This document shows, one piece after another, positions 19,212-30,238 of a DNA stretch of 64,000 nucleotides. A program made the translations under genes and the position numbers. The stretch lies in NCBI GenBank assembly GCA_050010755.1, contig JBEKKK010000001.1:864001-928000 (forward strand), in the 5' to 3' direction. Numbering within the stretch: position 1 is the stretch's first letter; every line of letters starts with the position of its first letter. The stretch comes from Candidatus Bathyarchaeia archaeon. GTDB taxonomy: Archaea; Thermoproteota; Bathyarchaeia; Bathyarchaeales; Bathycorpusculaceae. The notes beneath the pieces were generated by a model. It was not told where the DNA came from. It saw only the letters and a program-made list of their open reading frames with translations, and did not search any database.

Positions 19212-19745
19212 ATGCACGCAAAGAATTACAGGCCTGTCAAGGGACAGAATTACACTCGGAAGAAGTTTGTGAGGGGCTTTCCGCAGCCGAAGATAACGAA
19301 GTTCACTATGGGAGATACGAAAGCCAAGTTTGAGTATGAGGCCAGACTGGTGTCTTTGCAGAGCGCGCAGATTCGTCACAACGCTCTGGAAGCGGCGCGG
19401 ATTGCGACAAACCGTCAGCTGTTGGAAAAGCTCGTGAACAATTACCAGCTGCAGGTTTGCCCTTATCCTCACACGATTCTGAGGGAGAACAAGATGATTT
19501 TCGGGGCTCACGCAGATCGTCTTCAACAGGGTATGCGCAGATCCTTCGGAACACCCATTGGAACTGCTGCCCGTGTGAGGCCTGAGCAGACGATAATAAG
19601 CGTCCGTGTTAACGCAGATGCAGTTGAGCTTGCTAGAGCGTCCCTGAAACGCGGCGCGGCAAAGCTTCCGATGCCTTGTAGGATAGTGGTTGAAAAGACT
19701 CCACCACCAGCGTCTAAGCCGGAAGAGGTGAGCCCTGTTGAGTGA
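19212..19745 (+). CDS. rpl10e: 50S ribosomal protein uL16 (L10e)
   Basis: QIRHNALEAAR, YPH.ILRENK, ADRLQ.GMR.SFG.P.GTAAR, KLP. Confidence 0.97.
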   Translation: MHAKNYRPVKGQNYTRKKFVRGFPQPKITKFTMGDTKAKFEYEARLVSLQSAQIRHNALEAARIATNRQLLEKLVNNYQLQVCPYPHTILRENKMIFGAHADRLQQGMRRSFGTPIGTAARVRPEQTIISVRVNADAVELARASLKRGAAKLPMPCRIVVEKTPPPASKPEEVSPVE

Positions 19746-22194
19746 AATGCGCGAGGACTTGGTAATCTGGTTTGAGGATTTGAGGAGAACAGACATTCCC
19801 TCCGTCGGAGGCAAGAACGCGAACTTGGGCGAAATGACGTATGCCCATCTGCCGGTTCCGCCGGGCTTCGCGATAACAGCTTACTCCTACAAGAAATTCA
19901 TCGAAGGAACGGGTATAGCAACCAAAATCTACGATATCATAAACGAGACGATGACCAACCCAGACGATCCCAAGCAGGGTGAACTCGCCTCCAAGAAAAT
20001 CCGCAAACTGATAGAGTCCACACGCATGCCCAAGGACATCGAGAAGGCCATAAGATCGGCCTACGACGAACTGTGCAAGAAACTCAAGATGAAAGACGTC
20101 TTCGTCGCCGTCAGATCAAGCGCGACGGCCGAAGACTTGGCCGACGCTTCCTTCGCCGGGCAGCAGGAAACGTTCCTGAACATCAGGGGCGGTGACGCTG
20201 TAATCGCTAATACGACGAAGTGCTGGTCCAGCCTCTTCACGCCGCGCGCCATCTTTTATCGAAACGAGAAGGGTTTCGCTCACGAGAAGGTTTTCATCAG
20301 TGTCGGAGTCCAAAAAATGGTAAACTCCAAGGCCGCGGGCGTCATGTTCACGTTGAACCCTGTCACGGGTGACACGACGAAAATAGTCATCGATGGCAAC
20401 TGGGGCCTAGGCGAAGCAGTTGTATCGGGATCAGTCACGCCTGACGACTTTGTGGTCGACAAAGAATCGTTGAAGGTTACTGAGAAAATGTTGGCTCACA
20501 AAACCGTCGAGTACATACGTGATCCCAAGACGGGAGAGACGATTCACGCTGAAGTGCCTAGGGAAAAGCAGGATATGCCGTGCTTGACTGACGAGGAAGT
20601 TCAAAAACTCGCAGAACTTGCCAAACGTATCGAGAGTCATTATGGAAAGCCTCAGGACATCGAATGGGCAATTGACGGGGATATACACTACGCAAACAAC
20701 GTCTTCATAGTTCAGTCGAGGCCGGAAACAGTCTGGTCTGCAAAGATGGGCCAAGCGCCGGCAGGGGGCGAGGCGGAAGAAACCAAGAAAGCCGAAGCGT
20801 TGAAGGTGGTCGTCAAAGGAATCGCCGCAGGCAAACGAGGCTTCGGCGCAGGCACGGCGAAAATCGTTGCAACAACTGAGGAAGCGGCCAAAGTCATGCA
20901 GAAAGGTGACATTCTCGTCACGGAAATGACCAACCCTGACTACGTGCCCTTCATGAAGCTGGCAGGAGCGATAGTGACTGACAAGGGCGGAGTAACGTGC
21001 CACGCGGCAATAGTGAGCCGCGAACTGGGCATACCATGCGTTGTCGGAACAGAAAACGCCACAAAACTTATGAAAACTGGAAAACAGTACACGGTAGACT
21101 CGCGAAGCGGCGTCGTGTACGAGGGAATAATGGAAGCGCTGACAGAACAATTATCATCAGCCGCAGGAACAGCTGCGGGCCTAACAGCGATGGGTACAGG
21201 CGTGTTCCAGTCGGTGCCTGTAACGGCTACGAAGATTTACATGAACTTGGGAGTACCTGAAAAAGTGGGCGAGTACAAGGACCTGCCCTTCGAGGGCATA
21301 GGGCTGATGCGCATCGAATTCATTTTGGCCAGCTACATCGGCGAACACCCGATGCGTTTCGTTGAAACAGGAGAAAGCCAAAAGTTCGTCGACAAGCTCG
21401 CGGAAGGAATTGCAACCGTTGCTAGAGGAATAATGCCGCGTCCGGTTGTGGTGCGCTTCAGCGACTTCAAGACAAACGAGTACCGAGACCTGAAGGGCGG
21501 AGAAAAATATGAAATCGTGGAAGCCAACCCGATGCTCGGATGGAGAGGCTGCAGCCGCTACATAAGCCAATGGTACGAGAAAGCCTACAGGCTTGAATGC
21601 CAAGCCATCATGAAATGTCGAAAGGAATGGGGCCTCAAGAACGTGTGGGCCATGCTTCCAGTCGTTCGCACCCTGTGGGAAGCAAAAGCGGTGCTGGAAA
21701 TCATGCGCCAAGAAGGCCTGGAGAGATCGAAAGACTTCAAAGTGTGGTTCATGGCTGAAACGCCCTCAATTGCCATACTCGCTGACGAATTCTCAAAGCT
21801 TGCAGACGGGTTCTCGATAGGCTCAAACGACATGACTCAAGGAATACTCATGATTGACAGAGACTCAGAACGCCTAGGGCTGATGGGATACTTCGACGAA
21901 AGGGACCCAGCCGTCAAAAGAATAATCGCGCACCTCATCAGAGTCGCCCATGAAAACGGCGCAACAGTTTCTATATGTGGAGAAGGCCCGTCAAACCTGC
22001 CGGACTTTGCAGAGTTCTTGGTGAGGATGGGAATAGACAGCATTTCAGTGAACAACGACGCAGTCATAGCCACGAAGAAACTGGTCGCCAGCGTTGAACA
22101 GAAACTAATTCTGGAAAGGCTCGCCGAACAAGAAGTAAGAGCCCTCGGGCATCCAATTGTGAAACCGAAACAAGATTGGGAATGGACAGAATAG
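19738..22194 (+). CDS. ppsA: phosphoenolpyruvate synthase
   Basis: VGGKNANLGE, RSSATAEDL..ASFAGQQET, phospho-His GGVTCHAAIVSRE, EANPMLGWRG, GSND, CG. Confidence 0.97.
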   Translation: MSEMREDLVIWFEDLRRTDIPSVGGKNANLGEMTYAHLPVPPGFAITAYSYKKFIEGTGIATKIYDIINETMTNPDDPKQGELASKKIRKLIESTRMPKDIEKAIRSAYDELCKKLKMKDVFVAVRSSATAEDLADASFAGQQETFLNIRGGDAVIANTTKCWSSLFTPRAIFYRNEKGFAHEKVFISVGVQKMVNSKAAGVMFTLNPVTGDTTKIVIDGNWGLGEAVVSGSVTPDDFVVDKESLKVTEKMLAHKTVEYIRDPKTGETIHAEVPREKQDMPCLTDEEVQKLAELAKRIESHYGKPQDIEWAIDGDIHYANNVFIVQSRPETVWSAKMGQAPAGGEAEETKKAEALKVVVKGIAAGKRGFGAGTAKIVATTEEAAKVMQKGDILVTEMTNPDYVPFMKLAGAIVTDKGGVTCHAAIVSRELGIPCVVGTENATKLMKTGKQYTVDSRSGVVYEGIMEALTEQLSSAAGTAAGLTAMGTGVFQSVPVTATKIYMNLGVPEKVGEYKDLPFEGIGLMRIEFILASYIGEHPMRFVETGESQKFVDKLAEGIATVARGIMPRPVVVRFSDFKTNEYRDLKGGEKYEIVEANPMLGWRGCSRYISQWYEKAYRLECQAIMKCRKEWGLKNVWAMLPVVRTLWEAKAVLEIMRQEGLERSKDFKVWFMAETPSIAILADEFSKLADGFSIGSNDMTQGILMIDRDSERLGLMGYFDERDPAVKRIIAHLIRVAHENGATVSICGEGPSNLPDFAEFLVRMGIDSISVNNDAVIATKKLVASVEQKLILERLAEQEVRALGHPIVKPKQDWEWTE

Positions 22195-22265
22195 ACCACG
22201 CACAAGCACCCTTTTCTTTCTGAACCCAGATTTCATTTTCCGCAATCTTTGCTGAAGGGTCGAGA

Positions 22266-23267
22266 ATGAAACAATTCGATTTTGAAGAGGAAAGAGTTAA
22301 ACAGGAAATCCTTAAACTCGGAGCAAAACGCGTCCTAATTCAGTTCCCGGAAGGCCTGAAACCCGAAGCGCCACGCATAGCGAAAACCATTGAAAAGCTC
22401 GGAGTTCTCCCGATAATCTCCGCAGACCCGTGCTACGGCGCCTGCGATCTTGCAACAGCAGACGCTGAACACCTGGGAGTAGACTTGGTAATCCATTACG
22501 GCCACTCTAAACTGGTGAAGTACGAACGGTTCCCAACGATTTACGTCGAAGCCAGAGCGACACTGAACGTTCCTTCGGTCGTCGAAAAAGCGTTGCCGAT
22601 GCTCGAAAAATGGCGAAAAATAGGCCTAGCCACGACGGTTCAACACGTGCAAACCCTCGACGAAGTCAGAGAGATTCTAACCCGTCACGGAAAAATCGTT
22701 GTGATAGGCGACACTGGACGCCTGGGATATCCCGGCCAAGTCATCGGATGTGACTACAGCAACGCGGTTTCGATCGTGAAGGATGTTGAAGCCTTCCTCT
22801 TCGTCGGCGGCGGACAATTTCACGCCTTAGGCGTAGCCCTTTCAACTTCGAAACCCACAATAGTCGTAGATCCTTACGACAACACAGCCGCCTCCGTTGA
22901 CAAAGAAGCCGAAACAATATTGAAACAAAGATGGGCACACGTGCAAGAAGCAAAAAAAGCGAAGGTCTTCGCGGTTCTGATCGGGCTGAAACCAGGACAA
23001 AAGAGACTCGAAGAAGCACTGCAACTGAAGGAGAAACTCGAAAAAGAAGGAAAGACAGCACATCTTTTCGCCATGAAAGAAATCACGCCTGAAGCCCTCA
23101 TGGAATTTCCTTCGATTGAAGCCTTTGTAAACACAGCCTGCCCCAGAATATCGCTTGACGATTCTGCCAGATTCAGAAAGCCCATCCTCACCATCAACGA
23201 AACACTAGTAACCATTGGCAAAATGACCTGGGAAGACCTATGCAGAAAAGGCTTGCTCGAAAGCTAG
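22266..23267 (+). CDS. dph2: diphthamide biosynthesis enzyme Dph2
   Basis: QFPEGL, CYGACD, GQVIGC, TACPR (three Fe-S Cys). Confidence 0.95.
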   Translation: MKQFDFEEERVKQEILKLGAKRVLIQFPEGLKPEAPRIAKTIEKLGVLPIISADPCYGACDLATADAEHLGVDLVIHYGHSKLVKYERFPTIYVEARATLNVPSVVEKALPMLEKWRKIGLATTVQHVQTLDEVREILTRHGKIVVIGDTGRLGYPGQVIGCDYSNAVSIVKDVEAFLFVGGGQFHALGVALSTSKPTIVVDPYDNTAASVDKEAETILKQRWAHVQEAKKAKVFAVLIGLKPGQKRLEEALQLKEKLEKEGKTAHLFAMKEITPEALMEFPSIEAFVNTACPRISLDDSARFRKPILTINETLVTIGKMTWEDLCRKGLLES

Positions 23268-23926
23268 ATTTAGAAATCTTGCTTTCAAACATCAAGCCAC
23301 ACCCGACGCCAAACCCAAACCTCGAACAATACACGATTTCCTCCAGCATTGCAGCTCAAATGCTCTACACAGCAGCCTACACGTACGGTGACATCGTGGA
23401 CAAAACCGTTCTGGACCTAGGCTGCGGCACCGGAAGACTCGCCCTTGGAGCCGCGTTTCTAGGCGCAAAAGAAGTTGTAGGCGTAGACATAGACCGAACG
23501 GCTGTGAAAGCTGCCGCTGAAAACTCTGCGAACATAAGACTGAAAGATAAGGTTCAATGGGTCACCGCGGACATAGACGCCGTCTGCGGGCAATTCGACA
23601 CGGTGCTTCAAAACCCACCGTTCGGCGTGCAAAAAAGAGGCGCAGATCGCAAATTTCTTGAAAAAGCGCTCAAGTCAGGCAAAACCGTCTACTCGCTCCA
23701 CAAAGGCACAAAAAGCAACGACACGTTGACGAAAAAACCAAAAGGCCGCAGGGATGACGCCCTTCGATTTTCCCCCTCGCCCTTTCTCAGAAGTCTCATA
23801 GAGAGCCATGGCGGAACGATTAGAGCCGTTTACCCAATGATCATGACTATACCCCACATGTTCGCCTTTCACGAAAGACGAAGACACGAGTTCGTGGTGT
23901 ATCTCTATGTCATAGAAAAGAGATGA
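23240..23926 (+). CDS. METTL5-family RNA methyltransferase
   Basis: LEQY, DLGCGTG, NPPFG, D..FL, YSLHK, FH. Confidence 0.92.
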   Translation: MQKRLARKLDLEILLSNIKPHPTPNPNLEQYTISSSIAAQMLYTAAYTYGDIVDKTVLDLGCGTGRLALGAAFLGAKEVVGVDIDRTAVKAAAENSANIRLKDKVQWVTADIDAVCGQFDTVLQNPPFGVQKRGADRKFLEKALKSGKTVYSLHKGTKSNDTLTKKPKGRRDDALRFSPSPFLRSLIESHGGTIRAVYPMIMTIPHMFAFHERRRHEFVVYLYVIEKR

Positions 23927-24001
23927 AAAAAAACAACGGAGAGCATGCCGCGTGCGCTGAATTGTTCACAAGGTTCCCTTTCTTCCAGGGATCGGGCGAT
24001 G

Positions 24002-24352
24002 TCACTTAGAAGGTGGAATCCTCTCTTTTTCGCTTTCTCCCCCAAATACCGCTACTTTTCCGCCCTTTCTCGATGCAGTAGTTCTGAGTTGTTCATCCCT
24101 CTTTTTCTGTTCTTCATTAACCTTTCTCGATTCCTTGTCAACATTCTTTTGCAAACGCTTGAATTGGGAAAACCTCTCTTCCGTCAATCTTCTGAGTCTG
24201 TCTATCATTCTGAGATGGTCAAGCTCCCTAGCGCAAGAAGCTTCGTGTTTTAGCCAATGGAAGATTGGTGCGACTTCAGGCCACTTAGGGTTTGTTTTTT
24301 GGAAAATCTTGCCAAATCTCTTGATGAAATTCTCCTGAATCTCATCAGTCAT
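24002..24352 (-). CDS. hypothetical basic coiled-coil protein
   Basis: 116-aa ORF with GGGAG upstream of ATG; no recognised motif. Confidence 0.55.
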   Translation of the reverse strand: MTDEIQENFIKRFGKIFQKTNPKWPEVAPIFHWLKHEASCARELDHLRMIDRLRRLTEERFSQFKRLQKNVDKESRKVNEEQKKRDEQLRTTASRKGGKVAVFGGESEKERIPPSK

Positions 24353-24604
24353 GTAACAGATCTCCCCTTTGCTTGTTGAGACAACACTGAGTTTTGCTCT
24401 GTTTATTTTCTAATTGACGTGCACCCGAGCATGCACTCTAGCTGGTGTTGATAAAAGACGCAGCCTCTGAGGTTAAAAGGAGTTTGTTAATGCAACCTCT
24501 TAGATGAGTACAGAGAGTCCAGAGTTAAAGTGAAAGCGCCCGCTTTTGTTCGGAGCCTCAGCGTGCTTTTGGGATCGTACTGTTCTATTTGTTGCTGTTG
24601 GTTC

Positions 24605-25924
24605 TCAGGGTTGCTTATGTTTTTTCTTGAAGGTTTGGATAGCTGCCACAATGATAATCGCGGCGGTTAATTCTAGAGCGGTGATGGCTACGGGGAAGAC
24701 TAGCGGAACTGTTTGGGATGGCAGGGGCGACGTTACGGTTAATGCGTCAACTCTGTAGGCGTAGTAGCCGACTGGAAAAGTGAAGGTTCTCACTATTTGG
24801 CCCGTCGTGTTCACTTCTACAAACACGGCGCCTGTGTCGTTGAAGTTCCAAGGTTGTTTTTGCGAATATTGGTGCGTTGGATCACCGAAGTCCCCTAGGA
24901 AGTCGCCGTTTGGAAGTATGACGGTGGCGCCTCCGTATGTAGTCCAGTATTGCGCTGGGGCTTCCCAACTCCAGTTAACGTACCCGGTCATGTTTGTCTC
25001 GTTAAGTGTGAGTTCTATCAGACTGCTGTGGCAGTCAGCAGGGTTGGTGTTGTTTTCATAATCATTGTTAAACATGGTGAACACGTCGGGCGCGGCTTGT
25101 TTGAGGTCGTGGCTGTGATACCATAAACTGGAAACCTGTTGACCATCAGCACCGAGGAGGGTAAAGTTGCCGAATTCGCCGCAGGCCCATATTATGTCGC
25201 CGGTGGTTTGGTTGATTTTGTAGAAAGTGTTTGTGCTTCTTAGGTTTAGGTAGATGATGCTGTCGTTGTAGTCCCAGTCCAGAGTGTTTGCGTGAGTGAA
25301 ATCTATCACTGTTAGCCCGTTGATTGAAGATGTCTCGTTGAACGGGGAGGCTTCGCTTAGCGGAATATAGTCGTAGGTGTCCCAGGTCCACAACGCGTTA
25401 CCTGCTGCGTCAACCTGCACAATCTTGTCGTAGAGAATGGAGTTGTTTCCCACCGTCCTGACGTAGTCTTGCAGCGTGAGAAAGGTATTGTTGAGTGGAT
25501 CATATTGGATGTCATGGTGACTGATGACGGTGGGGAAGTCTTCAGTCGTGTTTGTGGCCAAGTTCCATACGTGTGTGGCGTAAGTGGGAGCCGTGCCAGC
25601 TCCGTCCACGTAGGGTTCGCCCTGGAACAGCAGAGTGTTGTTTGCGATGTTGTAAACGGCGTTGTAGCCGTTGGATTCACGCAAGTTCAGAACGCTGCCG
25701 TTAGTGTCCATGACCACTAGATAATTGCTGTTATTTGGTCCCGATAGAGGAAAAGTTAACTCTCCACTCCAAGCGTTTCCGTACGTGTCAATAGTACACG
25801 GCAAAGTGAAAACATTGGCCGTTTCGGAAAAACACGTTGGCGTATAACCTGAAAAAACAAGACACACCGCAACCGCTACGACAACCATCATCCTTGTTCT
25901 TTGCTTCTTTGCAAAAAAAGCCAA
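24605..25924 (-). CDS. secreted, membrane-anchored aryl-sulfate sulfotransferase (ASST)-like beta-propeller protein
   Basis: Signal peptide; HHD, DFTHANT, LR..N, HSHD, FNN motifs; C-terminal TM + KKK; many N-x-S/T sequons. Confidence 0.8.
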   Translation of the reverse strand: MAFFAKKQRTRMMVVVAVAVCLVFSGYTPTCFSETANVFTLPCTIDTYGNAWSGELTFPLSGPNNSNYLVVMDTNGSVLNLRESNGYNAVYNIANNTLLFQGEPYVDGAGTAPTYATHVWNLATNTTEDFPTVISHHDIQYDPLNNTFLTLQDYVRTVGNNSILYDKIVQVDAAGNALWTWDTYDYIPLSEASPFNETSSINGLTVIDFTHANTLDWDYNDSIIYLNLRSTNTFYKINQTTGDIIWACGEFGNFTLLGADGQQVSSLWYHSHDLKQAAPDVFTMFNNDYENNTNPADCHSSLIELTLNETNMTGYVNWSWEAPAQYWTTYGGATVILPNGDFLGDFGDPTHQYSQKQPWNFNDTGAVFVEVNTTGQIVRTFTFPVGYYAYRVDALTVTSPLPSQTVPLVFPVAITALELTAAIIIVAAIQTFKKKHKQP

Positions 25925-26175
25925 GCAAATGACGCCTCTTCTAACACTACATCAGCTTGTTTTCGCCCAGCAAGCAAATTTACAATCCCGACCTCAACTC
26001 TCTTAAACTTATTGTCTATTTGCAGCGCGTGTAAGTAGCGCGCGCTTTTCTTGTTTATTGAGCCGAGGGCGATGATCAAGCGCATAGTATGGCGCGCGCT
26101 CGATTGATCGCTCACTTCGTCTGAGCAAAGTCTTAATCAATCGGCTTCATAAACAGGTTAGCAGGCGAATAGGAG

Positions 26176-27528
26176 ATGCCGGCGAAGCTGCTTAGAGGAG
26201 TCGAAGAGGAAGTCACCAGTTTTCTGAGCGGATTAATCCGCATAAACACGACGAACCCTCCTGGAAATGAAACTGCCGCCGCGAAATACGTTGCAGAAAC
26301 ACTGGAACAGGATGGTTTCAGATGCGAATTGTTGGAGTCTCAGGCGGGAAGAGGCAGCGTTGTAACTCGGCTAAAGGGAGAAGGTGGGAAGCCGAGTCTA
26401 CTTTTGCTCTCGCATTTGGACGTCGTCGCCGCAAACGCGAAGGAATGGAGCGTTGAGCCCTTCGGCGGCCTGGTCAAGAATGGGTTTGTTTGGGGCCGGG
26501 GCGCGTTGGACATGAAGGGGATGACGGCTGTCGAGGTTATGGTGTTGAAGCTTCTCAAAAGAAACAAAGTCAAACTCAAGGGCGATGTCATTTTGGTCGC
26601 AACGGCCGACGAGGAAAAGGGCGGCGATAAGGGTGCAGGTTGGCTTGTTCATAACCATCCAGACAAGGTGTACGCTGATTACGTTTTGAACGAAGGTGCA
26701 GGGATGGCTATGAAAATCGATGGAAAGAACATCTTCACCATAAACACTGCCGAGAAGGGCATACTGTGGTTCAAGGTTAAGGCAGGTGGAACGCCAGGCC
26801 ACGGTTCGGTCCCTGGCGCTGCAGACAACGCCATCTTGCGTATGAACAAGGTCGTTGAGAAAATAAGTAGCTTCCAGCCCAAAACCTTGCTTGTTCCAAC
26901 CGTCAAACAGTACGTCAGTGAGCTGTCAAAGTGCAAGAGCTTCCAATATCTTTCAGCCTTGCTCAAAACCCCGAATCAGGGTGATAAGATATTGGACAAG
27001 CTGGCTCAAAAGGAAAAATACCTGGCGGAAGAGCTTCGGGCCAGAATCAGAATGACGGTCACGCCTACCATCATCCATGGCGGAGTGAAGGAGAACATAA
27101 TACCATCGGAATGTGAAGCAGTTTTTGACTGTCGAGTTCTGCCCGGTCAAACACCCGGAGAAGCCCTGAGCGAAATAAAAAAGCTCTTGGGGGATGCAGG
27201 CATGGATAAGTTGAGCTTCGAAGTTATTCAGGCGAACGACCCCACCGAGTCGCCGCTGAACACTCCACTCTACGACACGATCTTGAGGGTCTTGAAAGAG
27301 TTTGAACCCAACAGCGGCTCGATCCCTGTCATGCTTACCGGGGGAACGGATTCCCGTTTCTTCCGAAAGATTGGCAGTGTATGCTACGGTTTTCACCCTG
27401 TTCGACCAGAAACATCGTACTCGGAAATGCAGCAGACCATTCACGGAATAAACGAGCGCATATCAACAGAGAACCTTGTATTCGGGACAAGCGTCCTCTA
27501 TAATATCGTCGAGCGATTCCTGACCTGA
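26176..27528 (+). CDS. M20/M25/M40 metallo-hydrolase (ArgE/DapE-like)
   Basis: SHLDVV, GRGALDMK, DEE, NEG, GHGS, GGTD, HGINE. Confidence 0.93.
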   Translation: MPAKLLRGVEEEVTSFLSGLIRINTTNPPGNETAAAKYVAETLEQDGFRCELLESQAGRGSVVTRLKGEGGKPSLLLLSHLDVVAANAKEWSVEPFGGLVKNGFVWGRGALDMKGMTAVEVMVLKLLKRNKVKLKGDVILVATADEEKGGDKGAGWLVHNHPDKVYADYVLNEGAGMAMKIDGKNIFTINTAEKGILWFKVKAGGTPGHGSVPGAADNAILRMNKVVEKISSFQPKTLLVPTVKQYVSELSKCKSFQYLSALLKTPNQGDKILDKLAQKEKYLAEELRARIRMTVTPTIIHGGVKENIIPSECEAVFDCRVLPGQTPGEALSEIKKLLGDAGMDKLSFEVIQANDPTESPLNTPLYDTILRVLKEFEPNSGSIPVMLTGGTDSRFFRKIGSVCYGFHPVRPETSYSEMQQTIHGINERISTENLVFGTSVLYNIVERFLT

Positions 27529-27755
27529 AACGGCAATTTGAGTCTCAAAACGCCTGAATTTAGCATTCTAACACGGGTTCCAGAACCCAGACACCGTCTG
27601 CGACAAAGCGCGGGGCACGAGACTTTGTTCTGTCGTGTTCTATCCTTAAACTTTTATCAAAAGGTTTATTCATAGGCGCATAAAGTAGAGTTATAAACAT
27701 TCAGTTAATGCGACAGACATCTGACGCGAACGTGACAGACAGAGGGAGATTTGAA

Positions 27756-28364
27756 ATGAGTTCAAAACTTGGGGAACAGAAAATCGGTCAGCTGGCCGTG
27801 CCAGGCGACCGTCTAGGTGTGATTGAGGAGTTCATTCCCGACGCTGGAACATACGTCAAAGACGGTGTAATCTATTCCAAGGTCATCGGTCGCATTCTCA
27901 TCGACTTGGTTCACAGACGTGTTTCAGTGCATCAGCTCATCGGCCCATCGAAGGTTCCTGCTCTGGGCAGTACAGTTCTGGCGCAGGTTTCGAACGCGCA
28001 GTCAGACACTGCGGGGGCACGCATATTTGAAATCGGCGGAGAAGAAATCAACGGTGTCTTCACGGGTATTCTGCATGTTTCCGACGTAGCGTTGAGGTAC
28101 GTGGACTCGATGTACGACGTGTGCAAGGCTGGCGACATCATAAGGGCCAAAGTCGTGAGCGAAAAAAACCGAACGTACCACCTGTCTACTAAAGACAAGA
28201 ACCTTGGCGTCGTCTACGCTTTCTGTTCCAACTGCGGCACGCTTCTTGAGCCCCGCCGCCAAGGCATGCACTGCCCCAAGTGTGGAAGGATTGAAAAACG
28301 GAAAACAGCGTCCGACTACGGAAAAGGCCTGATACATGGGAAAGAGGGTCTGGATGAAAGTTAA
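27756..28364 (+). CDS. csl4: exosome RNA-binding protein Csl4
   Basis: PGDRLG..EEF, S1 domain (GDIIRAKV), LGVVYA.CSNC...CPKC...RK; upstream of rpoL. Confidence 0.95.
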   Translation: MSSKLGEQKIGQLAVPGDRLGVIEEFIPDAGTYVKDGVIYSKVIGRILIDLVHRRVSVHQLIGPSKVPALGSTVLAQVSNAQSDTAGARIFEIGGEEINGVFTGILHVSDVALRYVDSMYDVCKAGDIIRAKVVSEKNRTYHLSTKDKNLGVVYAFCSNCGTLLEPRRQGMHCPKCGRIEKRKTASDYGKGLIHGKEGLDES

Positions 28365-28638
28365 CGTGCTCAAAAAAACATCGAACGAGCTGCGAATAGA
28401 GATTGAAGGCACAGGTCACACCGTCTGTAACGTACTGCAGAAAAAAATCTTGGAACAAAAAGGCGTGGATCTAGCTGGCTACGACATACCGCATCCGCTT
28501 ACACCTAACGCAATAATCTACGTCCGCACGAAAGGCACAGTCAAGCCTGAACAGGTGCTGCGGGACGCGTTGGAAAGCGCGCGTGGGATGAACAAGGAAT
28601 TCAGCAAAGAACTCGTAAGAGCGCTCAAGGAAAAGTAA
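28354..28638 (+). CDS. rpoL: DNA-directed RNA polymerase subunit L (Rpo11)
   Basis: GHTVCN.L, AGYDIPHPL; conserved csl4-rpoL context. Confidence 0.95.
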   Translation: MKVNVLKKTSNELRIEIEGTGHTVCNVLQKKILEQKGVDLAGYDIPHPLTPNAIIYVRTKGTVKPEQVLRDALESARGMNKEFSKELVRALKEK

Positions 28639-29011
28639 CCCTCCTCCTAACCGTTGCTAACAGTTCGCTAACACCTTCAACCGCGTCCTCACTCTTCTTC
28701 ATTATCTTGACACTCTCATCCAATGTTAGACAACCGTTCAGCCACGCGTACACAATCAGCGCTTCAGCTGCATCCGCGAGAGCATGTCTCGACATTCTCG
28801 AGCCTAAATGATCCCTCAGCCCAGCCTTCCGTAGCGCCTCAGCAAGCACGCTTCCCTTGACTTTAACCCCTAGCGGTTTCTTCCTCTTAACCGACAGTGC
28901 GAGCGAGTACGCAAAGTTCACGTACGAGTCGCCCAAAGAAGCCAAGTCATGATCCGCCAATACTTCTGCAAGGCCTCCTCTGACCGTTCGAAATGAGAAC
29001 GCTCTGCCCAA
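28625..29011 (-). CDS. archaeal mini RNase III-like protein
   Basis: LASLGDSYVNF.YSLA, ADAAEAL..YAW. Confidence 0.85.
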   Translation of the reverse strand: MGRAFSFRTVRGGLAEVLADHDLASLGDSYVNFAYSLALSVKRKKPLGVKVKGSVLAEALRKAGLRDHLGSRMSRHALADAAEALIVYAWLNGCLTLDESVKIMKKSEDAVEGVSELLATVRRRVTFP

Positions 29012-29097
29012 TGCTCAACCCCTCCTTGGCCGTTACTATTGATCAAGCTTATAATTGCTGTCTCTTACTCTTGTCTTGGAGCTAATGGGGAAAAGGT

Positions 29098-29694
29098 TTG
29101 TCGGTAAAGAAATTTCGCACAATTAAACCTGAAATCCGCGTCTTAGGAGTCGATGATGGACCGTTCACTCCTCACAGGGGTTACGCTCCCATTGTTGGCG
29201 TCGTCTTCCGCGGCGGCTACTGGCTCGACGGAGTGTTGAGCACCAGAATCAAAGTAGATGATTTCGACGCCACGGATAAGATATCCTCTATGATTGTTGA
29301 ATCTGCGCACTACCGCCAGGTTAGAGTCATTATGCTCGACGGCGTCACGTTCGGCGGCTTCAACATCGTCAACATAAAAGAACTCAATGCCCTCACAAAA
29401 CTGCCCGTCATAGTCGTGACGCGCGACAAACCTGACTTCAGCGAAATTCATGCAGCGTTGAGGCATCTGCCGAGGAGCGCGGAACGCTGGGCAGCTGTTC
29501 AGGATGCTGGGCAAATTTTCGAGGTGCAGACTGGAAGCAGAGGCGAAAGAGTGTACTTGGAAATCTGCGGTATTCAGGAAAGTGATGCGCGAAGGATTGT
29601 CCAGTTGACCTCCACGCGGAGCAACATTCCAGAGGCCCTGCGCGTCGCGCATCTTGTCGCTTCTGGTGCCTGCCAGTTTAACTTGAATATTTAG
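29098..29694 (+). CDS. DUF99 family protein (endonuclease V-like, endonuclease dU)
   Basis: R.LGVDDGPF, DATD, DGVTFGGFN, PEALRVAH. Confidence 0.92.
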   Translation: MSVKKFRTIKPEIRVLGVDDGPFTPHRGYAPIVGVVFRGGYWLDGVLSTRIKVDDFDATDKISSMIVESAHYRQVRVIMLDGVTFGGFNIVNIKELNALTKLPVIVVTRDKPDFSEIHAALRHLPRSAERWAAVQDAGQIFEVQTGSRGERVYLEICGIQESDARRIVQLTSTRSNIPEALRVAHLVASGACQFNLNI

Positions 29695-29760
29695 CTGAAC
29701 ATAAGAAAGTTTAAAAGAGACTTTGCTAAGGCTAAAGAAACGAAAGACGGAGAAAGACTC

Positions 29761-30114
29761 ATGGAATTTTGCCCAAAATGCGGTTCTCGCCTTGAGGCTA
29801 AGAAAGGAAAAAGCGGCGAAGAAAAGACCTTAGTGTTGATCTGTGGAAAGTGCGGCTACAAAAAACCGGCTGCAACGAAGAAAATCGAACCCAAAGTCGC
29901 CAAGGTTTTCCAACATAAGCCAACGCAGCTCGTGGCAGTGATAGGGAAAGAGGAACAGAAATTGAGAACCCTACCCACCGTGAGGATGGAGTGCCCGAAA
30001 TGCGGAAACAATGTGGCCTACGTGTGGCAAGTGCAAACAAGAGGAGCAGACGAATCCTCAACACAGTTTCTACGTTGCACAAAATGCAGCTACACTTTCC
30101 GAGAATACTCGTAG
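29761..30114 (+). CDS. tfs: transcription elongation/cleavage factor TFS
   Basis: Two Zn ribbons; catalytic QTRGADE motif intact. Confidence 0.95.
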   Translation: MEFCPKCGSRLEAKKGKSGEEKTLVLICGKCGYKKPAATKKIEPKVAKVFQHKPTQLVAVIGKEEQKLRTLPTVRMECPKCGNNVAYVWQVQTRGADESSTQFLRCTKCSYTFREYS

Positions 30115-30238
30115 ACTTTCAGACTTTCGAGAACATTCTAAACTTCCTCTTCGAATTCAGAAATGGAGGATGCTCTCAATCGATTCTGGTGACCCTGATT
30201 AGAGCTTTGAACTTGACGGCGTCAAACACGAATCTTAT